A stretch of 63,865 nt of DNA, the filler included, from Pelomyxa schiedti (Eukaryota > Protista > Evosea), in assembly GCA_020536535.1 (NCBI GenBank). It is 9 parts of 9 records of this genome, joined end to end, with 100 filler letters (N's around TTAATTAATTAA, not from the genome) between each part and the next. Parts side by side here need not be neighbours in the genome. Positions count along the whole stretch, not along the records: positions 57,373 to 58,763 come from JAHLWZ010002546.1; positions 58,864 to 60,429 come from JAHLWZ010002415.1; positions 60,530 to 61,763 come from JAHLWZ010002670.1; positions 61,864 to 63,865 come from JAHLWZ010002183.1; 5 more parts are not named here. The stretch is one strand, 5' to 3'. Both the position numbers and the translations under genes were made by a program. Position 1 is the stretch's first letter; the number at the start of each line of letters is the position of its first letter. The notes beneath the pieces were generated by a model. It saw nothing but the letters and a program-made list of their open reading frames with translations. It searched no databases and was not told the origin of the DNA. Below, piece by piece: positions 57,373 through 63,865 of the stretch.

Positions 57373-58763
57373 TTCCTCGGAATGCTCTGTGTGCAATATT
57401 GTGCAATGTGAGACAGAGAGAAGAGTGAGCGATGTGATGAACGTCACTGTTTGTTTAGGCTTTGAGAGATTGGGCAGTAGCACACACCGATCAACAACAG
57501 GAATGGTGAGAGGAGACCCAACGATGTGCAAGTTGTTGAATTTGACTGTGAGAGTGTGATCACCAGTTGGATGTGGTGTCATTCTCACTGTCAGGTGTCC
57601 TCGTCCCTTCTCTGCGTTCTCCTCCATCAAAATTTTGGTGGTCGTCCCATCATTCCCTGGGCTCTGAATAAGAATGGTTGGATTATTACTGGATGAATTT
57701 GGCACAAAAGAAAATGAGGAAGGGGGAGAACCGAGCAAGAACAAGTGAGTCCCGATGTGCACGTTGAGGGTTTCCCTGTTTTGTCACACACTTGTATTGT
57801 TGAAACAACAATCGGCTCATTTCCGAGGAATATTGGCCCCGTCTCCGTTCTCACAATGCTTTGTGTTGCATCAACTATGCATTTTGGGATTGTTCAGTTA
57901 CATGGTATTTACGAGTAGTGGAGGAAAAACCTGGAGGAAGAAGCTGCAAGTCCCTGATGACGGCGAAAATGTGACTGCAGTCAAGTGGTGATTCCTCGAG
58001 TTGTGCTGATGCACCTGGAACGAGCATGCTCCCGCTTGGGAACTGTGTTACCGAATCGGTTGCATGCATTGCAATAGCTCCAAAGCTCACGAACTCAAAC
58101 GGATCTTCTTCATTAACTCTTAGTTTTGACATCTCAACACATGAAATCTAGAACAGCGTTATACTTAATTAGGCACTGAAAACAACACACCCCGCAGTCG
58201 GCTGTTGATATTTGTTCATTGACAGATTGAATTTGTGCCTCGAGTGTATGAACTTTTGATTTTTGCTTCCTTTCAACAAAGCCGCACAGCTCGTTATGCT
58301 TTGCTTCCAATGCTTTGTACACTTGGGTGATCTTGCATGAGAAAATTCAGGGGAGTGAGAGAGGAGTTGGTGCAAACAGTTTCTGTGATGGACTTGCATC
58401 GGTTCCTTTCTTCCTCTTCTGTTTCTCCTTTTATTGTTTGAAGCTGTGACTTAAAGGTCTGTAAAAAAAGGTGGGTTTCCATAGAGTGAAACAAGCAACA
58501 AAAACCAAGAATAGTGAAAAATGGATACCATCAGCTCAGCCTTGCGCTGTGAAAGGTAAACATCTTTTGAACCAAGTTGTGGGACAAGCAGCTTTCTCCC
58601 CTCCACGAGGTCGACGCATTCATGCTGTCTGTGCTGTCAACCAAAAAAGGGGAGTTCCATATAAACTCGTTATTTTCGAGAATGGAGAAGAGATGTGGTA
58701 CATACGGCACCTACGATCCAACACATGGAGCAGATTAATTCATTGCACTGTTTGCAAAACAGC
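57373..58763 (-). CDS. Internal fragment of a coiled-coil and filamin-repeat protein (TRIM45/71-like architecture)
   Basis: Coiled-coil exons (YKALEAKHNELCGFVERKQKSKVHTLEAQIQ) followed by GHLTVRMTPHPTGDHTLTVKFNNLHIVGSPLTIPV (filamin repeat). Confidence 0.65.
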
Positions 58764-58863
58764 NNNNNNNNNNNNNNNNNNNNNNNNNNNNNNNNNNNNN
58801 NNNNNNNTTAATTAATTAANNNNNNNNNNNNNNNNNNNNNNNNNNNNNNNNNNNNNNNNNNNN

Positions 58864-59834
58864 ACTTGGGGCCTCCCCCCTCCTGGTGGTTTTCTTGTTG
58901 TATTTAGTCGCAGAATGGTGTGGCAGAACTGTCTCAACTTAGAAACTGCAGTTGAGATTGCAAAGGAAAAAGCAGTGGACAACTCTGGTGTAGTGCTGCT
59001 GTTTCGGTTTGTCATCGATGAGGAAAAAGTAGTGGACAGCACTGGGGGGATAATCTCGTGGTAGAGCTTCTCACAATTTGGTGTGAGTTTGCTCAGTCCA
59101 TAAAGGAACAACAACCCTGGAAGGTAGTGCTGCTGTTTCGGTTTGTCATCGGCACTCTCTGTTTGGGTGATTGCAAGATTGGTTAATCACAACACCTTAC
59201 CACCAGGAGGAACATGAGTGAAAAAGAGTGAGGTGAAACAAACCAGGAGGAGACAAAGTGAAGACTGAATCGGGATCAGAATTGTTGTTGTTGAAGTGAG
59301 AGTATGCCTGCGAGACAAGTCCAACAGCGGAACTGATGTTGCCCAGCTCCAACTGGTGCAGGGCTTCAATCATCAGTTTGTTCTGGGGGTTCTTCTCCCC
59401 TCCTCCATCTTTTTCAAAAATGTGTGTGGTGAGTGCCATGTATTATATAATAACAATATTATTTGTGTGCTCTTTGTACATGAACAAGCAGCAGCAATTT
59501 TGTCACTCCACATTTGATCATAAGAATCGACTGCCGTTGTGTCAACAACATCGACATCGACGCCCACGCTGGCTGTTGTTGTTTTTCCTGTTGTTGTTGT
59601 TGCTCTTGTCCTGCGCCGTTTCGTTTCTGGTGATTTTGCTGTGGCGTCTTTCACTGTCTCATCTTGCACCACCACCACCACCCCGACAACAACGTCGTCT
59701 GGGGAAACAGCAGTGGCAGTCCCATAATTCGCTACGACGTCACCTCCGCCGTTGCTGGGGTTGCAGGGTGGCGGCAACGCATCGTCGTCGGTGGTGGTGG
59801 TGGCGCCTCTATCCGAAACGCTGTTGGTAATCAT
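58864..59834 (-). CDS. Hypothetical protein, 5' part (multi-exon, 3'-partial)
   Basis: Low-complexity first exon followed by helical exons (LMIEALHQLELGNISSAVGLVSQAY). No family recognised. Confidence 0.45.
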
Positions 59835-60773
59835 CACCTGCGAGTAATTTTTTCACTAGTTTGCAGTGTCGACAAAAAAAAGTAAATTAGAGTTATTTGA
59901 CCCCAAATGTTCACTCTGCAGTGGGGTATCTTGTCCCGTGACAACTGGTTATCCGGCAGACCAGATCCCGTTGCTCCGAGAAGTGCAAAACTTCGTTAGG
60001 AGACGCCCGTTCTAGTTCTTCCTGCTGCCTCCAGAGTTGCCCCGCGTTGTTGGGTTGTCATAGGTCCTTAACAATTAAGCAGGGAAGTGTAGTGGCCGAT
60101 TCAAACTGTCACTCCCGCGCAAAACGACGTTCGTTTTGGCATTTTAGCAAGCCCCTAATCCCCCAAGTTACGTCGTCATGGCAGCCTCAAAAAGTCGGAA
60201 TCTTTTTGTTTTCTTCAAAATTCTGGTTGATCAATGCCAGAAGGACCTTGCTACAGTGACGTAAGTGCAGTTTGCATCAGAGTGACGGACTTGTAAAACA
60301 CAGAAACCAGAGATTGGTTCTGTGACTGCAAGGAAGGCTGTCTCCCTGGAATCATGAACGAGAAGCCCTGACTCGGCTGTGGCACAACCAATTCCACATT
60401 GGTTTTTCCTTTTGCACACAGAAGCACTGNNNNNNNNNNNNNNNNNNNNNNNNNNNNNNNNNNNNNNNNNNNNTTAATTAATTAANNNNNNNNNNNNNNN
60501 NNNNNNNNNNNNNNNNNNNNNNNNNNNNNTTGCCACTGCTTGTTGTTCCGCTGTGGTTCCCTCATGTGACACGCAGTCATGCAAACATCCCACACACAGA
60601 TTTTTCTAGTTGCGGTGTTTTCCTTTTCCGATACAATTTGGTTGGTACTACGGAAGAGAATACTTTGAATTTGTTTGCCTCGAAGCAATAACATGAACAG
60701 CCAGGTTCCCTACACAGCGGTACGCCCCCCGACATTCTTCTTCGGAAAGATATTCAGAGAAGACCCGGGAAAG

Positions 60774-61357
60774 ATCCCACAATCCGGCGCACCAGGAAAA
60801 AACTGGTTTTTTAAGACGAAGCTCGGTGTTAAATTTCCGGAGCCATCACGGGGAAGGAGTGTGACTTGTAGCGGCAACGTTGGTCCTGGGTCAGGTTCTG
60901 ACTTCGTGGTGGTGTTCCATTGAAAATTCCCCCCTTTTTTTTGGGTTGGGATAGATGTATTGAAAATCTCGAAAAAAAATTTATCTTTTTCAGTGTTTGA
61001 TAACAGTAAAATTCTGCATAAGAGATCTCTGGAAGCACAACCATCTCCTGATGTGACAAGACCCAACCCTTTAACACCAACCAGCCAACAAAGATTAAGG
61101 GTCTACTTTCTTTAACCTCCGCTCTGCACTACAGCCCTCCTGGTGGTGTGGACACCAGATCCAACAAGTTCCTCAACACCACCCCAACAAAAAAAAGGGG
61201 GTAATTTTCAATGGAACACCACCACGAAGTAAGAACCTGACCCAGGACCAACGTTGCCGCTACAAGTCACACTCCTTCCGCGTGGTGGATCCAAAGTTTC
61301 CTCCCCGAGAGTCTTCTTAAGAAACCAGTTTTTTCTCGGTGTGCCGAATTGTGGGAT
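60774..61357. mobile_element. Foldback/MITE-like element with ~175-bp inverted arms
   Basis: 60774-60950 is the reverse complement of 61181-61357. The core GGAAGGAGTGTGACTTGTAGCGGCAACGTTGGTCCTGGGTCAGGTTCT.ACTTCGTGGTGGTGTTCCATTGAAAATT is almost perfect. Confidence 0.8.
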
Positions 61358-61863
61358 TTCAGAACAGAAAATTCAATTCTCCGCAACAAGTTCGAGTCGA
61401 GTACCGGTCATGAGTGGGCGACAGTCGACTGCGGAGTTCGAAACAAGCTCGTGTGTTTTTTTCTTTCGTTTTCCTTCTTCGACCGGTGTTTGCCGGTTGT
61501 TCTTGGCAAAGAGTAATCGGGGGACTATAGATCTGTTGCAGGTACAATATCGGACCCCTCACATGAAAAAACAGGAGCAGGCACTCCCAGGTTACTCTTC
61601 TGTGGGTTAGCGAGAGCTAAGCAAATTAACGTAAAAAAAAAAAAAAAAACACAAAAACCAACAGACCCGAAGAAGTAGCACGCAGGAAAGAGGCATTCCG
61701 CAACACTGTTGTTGGACTTGGTGCGCTATGGCAAGTGTTCTACCCTTATTACGTTTCAGGAGGNNNNNNNNNNNNNNNNNNNNNNNNNNNNNNNNNNNNN
61801 NNNNNNNTTAATTAATTAANNNNNNNNNNNNNNNNNNNNNNNNNNNNNNNNNNNNNNNNNNNN

Positions 61864-62683
61864 CGTGGGCACCGTCTTTCCTTCTCATAACGACTGGCAG
61901 GTGGTCATGAATGAAGCTCACCTTTCCAACCGTCACACGGCACAGAACCACAGCCGTCTTTGATTGGTAGCTGGCCTCAACATCAATCAGAGTGAGCACA
62001 AAACTCGGAATTGGTGATATCAACAGAAGCTCGTCCTGATCCATTCGATTGAAATCAAGCTGAACACCACGGCAAACCCCACTTATGGGCACAGACACAG
62101 GATCAGATACACCTGGCGTGATCCCCCTGTGCAACAGCCTCCTCACGCTGAGGCAAATCCCACAATCAGGCCCCGGCGCCGTGCTTTCAGCGGCGCGTTT
62201 CTCGCGCATTACGAGCCACTTCCCGTTCAGGGCCTCGTGGTGGTCCCCGGGCATCAGTAAACTGAGAGTTTCCCCGGTCCCCAGACATTGGACCGTAACT
62301 GCGGTACCCGTGGACGATCGTCGGTGTGTGAACAGGCTGGGCGTGAGCCAGCGACGCGCCCAGGGCGGCACGCTGACCAGCGCCGGGGATCTGCTCACGC
62401 TGCTGAGGGCCCGGCACAGGCCGAAGCAGACGTGGTGGGTGGACTTGTGTGTGCCGAGGACGAGCACGCAGTCGAGGGTGGTCGACACGGCGATGGCGTC
62501 CCACAATGACTCGGCGAGTGGGCGGATGGAGAAGACGCAGCGGGCGGGGCTGCTCGCGCCGCACCGCGGGTGCGACGATGTCACGAGGGCAACGAACTGG
62601 CCCTGCGACGTAATTGTGGGTGTGCTGCCAGATGGCGCAATGGTGGTCCTTTTGAAGAGTACAGACTCCACGAAAGCCTTCAT
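61864..62683 (-). CDS. Intronless lineage-specific family protein (3'-partial)
   Basis: SQGQFVALVTSSHPRCGASSPAR, LNGKWLV and IDVEASY blocks. Confidence 0.75.
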
Positions 62684-62712
62684 TGTTTTTTTTTTTTTTT
62701 TTGTTTGTTTTG

Positions 62713-63080
62713 TCAGAACAACAGAGAACTGTCATCGATGCGGAGCCCAGATTGGGAGGGAACAAACTGGAATGACATCACAGCAACCTGGCTGTGAGCT
62801 TCCATCACAACAACTTCACCAAAGTCCCTGAGTGCAAACAGGAACCCACTGCCACCAACCACTTTTCTGTACACACCAGGCCTCGTCACCCTCAGTGGTT
62901 GGTCCAGGTTGTTGCAGTCCCACAGCCCGAATGACCTGTTCTCCCAACACCAAACACAGAACACAGAGGAGCTGACCTGTGTGAGGCATCCACAGTTGTT
63001 GGTGACCACTTCACTGCTTGGGGGGCATTGATGAGCGCAGGGGATCTGCTCACACTGCACAGGGACCGGCACATCTCAAA
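62713..63080 (-). pseudogene. Internally deleted, frameshifted tandem copy of the same family
   Basis: CRSLCSVSRSPAL matches CRALSSVSRSPAL of the neighbouring gene, then the sequence jumps in another frame to a C-terminal-like LWDCNNLDQPLRV...GGSGFLF...MEAHS. The 5' part is cut by an inverted-repeat element. Confidence 0.65.
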
Positions 63081-63083
63081 AGA

Positions 63084-63718
63084 CCGGGCCCCCCTCACTC
63101 TTTTATTTTCTTTCATTTTTTGGTCACCCTGAGAGATCTGCTTCTAGAATTCGTTGGAAGGTTGCCCAATGTGGGTGGTGCTTTTCTCTGGTGTGGATGG
63201 AGTTGTTGCGTCCGTCGCACTGTATGATTTGGGTAGGATTTGTTCAGAGAAAGGACTTTTTTTTTCCCTCTTTCCGTACGAACGCCAACCTTGCATTGAA
63301 CTGTGACGCGTGACGTATCTAGTAGTTCTCCACGGTACACAACACCCTGTGCCCAACCAAAAACCAAGTTGCCGGATTAGCGACACACACCAACCCACAA
63401 AGAAAGAAAAAAAATTGCTGGGTGTTAATGGAATGATCACAGTCTTACTCAGGCTGCAACTATCCCGAGACGTTTCTCCCGAAAACAAGGTGCACCACCA
63501 TGTGTGAATGGCGAGTTTTGGTGCCTCCGCTGGCCTGTTCTTTATTGTTGGAAAGAGTGTGAAGTGGTGCGACGGACGCAACAACATCATCCACACCAGA
63601 GAAAAGCACCATCCACATTGGGCAATCTTCCAACGAATTCTAGAAGCAGATCTCCGCCACCAGGGTGAACAAAACAATTTTTTTTAAAGAGGAACTAATT
63701 ACAGTGAGGGGGGCCCGG
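63084..63718. mobile_element. Foldback/MITE-like element with ~140-150-bp inverted arms
   Basis: 63084-63220 versus reverse complement of 63567-63718: CCGGGCCCCCCTCACT...GAGATCTGCTTCTAGAATTCGTTGGAAG.TTGCCCAATGTGG.TGGTGCTTTTCTCTGGTGTGGATG..GTTGTTGCGTCCGTCGCAC. Confidence 0.85.
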
Positions 63719-63865
63719 CTTTTTCTCTTCATCACCGCTCGCTTTAAGAAACGTTCACACAAATCGAAATCGCCAAATTTTATGAGATCGTCGGCTATCG
63801 TCGTTTCGGTGGTGTCGTGCGTTGTTGTACTTTCGCTCGTCGTTGTCGGCGCATCCTCTGTAACA

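Overview
This is eukaryotic, intron-rich DNA, not one continuous locus. Nine contigs are joined by artificial N44-TTAATTAATTAA-N44 linkers, and there are four further 100-N scaffold gaps. The actin N-terminus ([16 protein letters not shown]...[13 protein letters not shown]) and the short GT-AG introns suggest an amoebozoan, most plausibly an archamoeba such as Pelomyxa (inference). Housekeeping or recognisable genes: POP4/Rpp29, actin, a DENN-domain GEF, a TKL-like kinase, a GH31 glycosidase with an internal trefoil, an FG-GAP propeller protein, an extended-SDR epimerase, two RING/TRAF-zinc-finger paralogues, a RING-Rab fusion, a filamin/coiled-coil fragment, tRNA-Pro(AGG) and tRNA-Thr(CGT). 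Contig 1 holds a cell-surface gene cluster: two near-identical ectodomains, one TM-anchored and one GPI-anchored, flanking a nine-repeat PPC-like/propeller/mucin protein. It also holds two halves of one chromodomain-bearing Ty3/gypsy family and a complete 3.7-kb PHIS/Harbinger-like DNA transposon with TIRs and a TSD. Three non-autonomous inverted-repeat elements occur elsewhere, two of which share homologous internal cargo. The best candidates for undescribed biology are (1) an intronless, tandemly arrayed, fast-diverging gene family with a conserved N-terminal (A/S)(R/Q)xQ(F/L)xAL...(R)(C/G)G box, (2) the TM/GPI anchor-switched, ZP-like surface paralogues, and (3) the RING-Rab fusion. All gene models and domain calls were made by eye, and exon boundaries are approximate.
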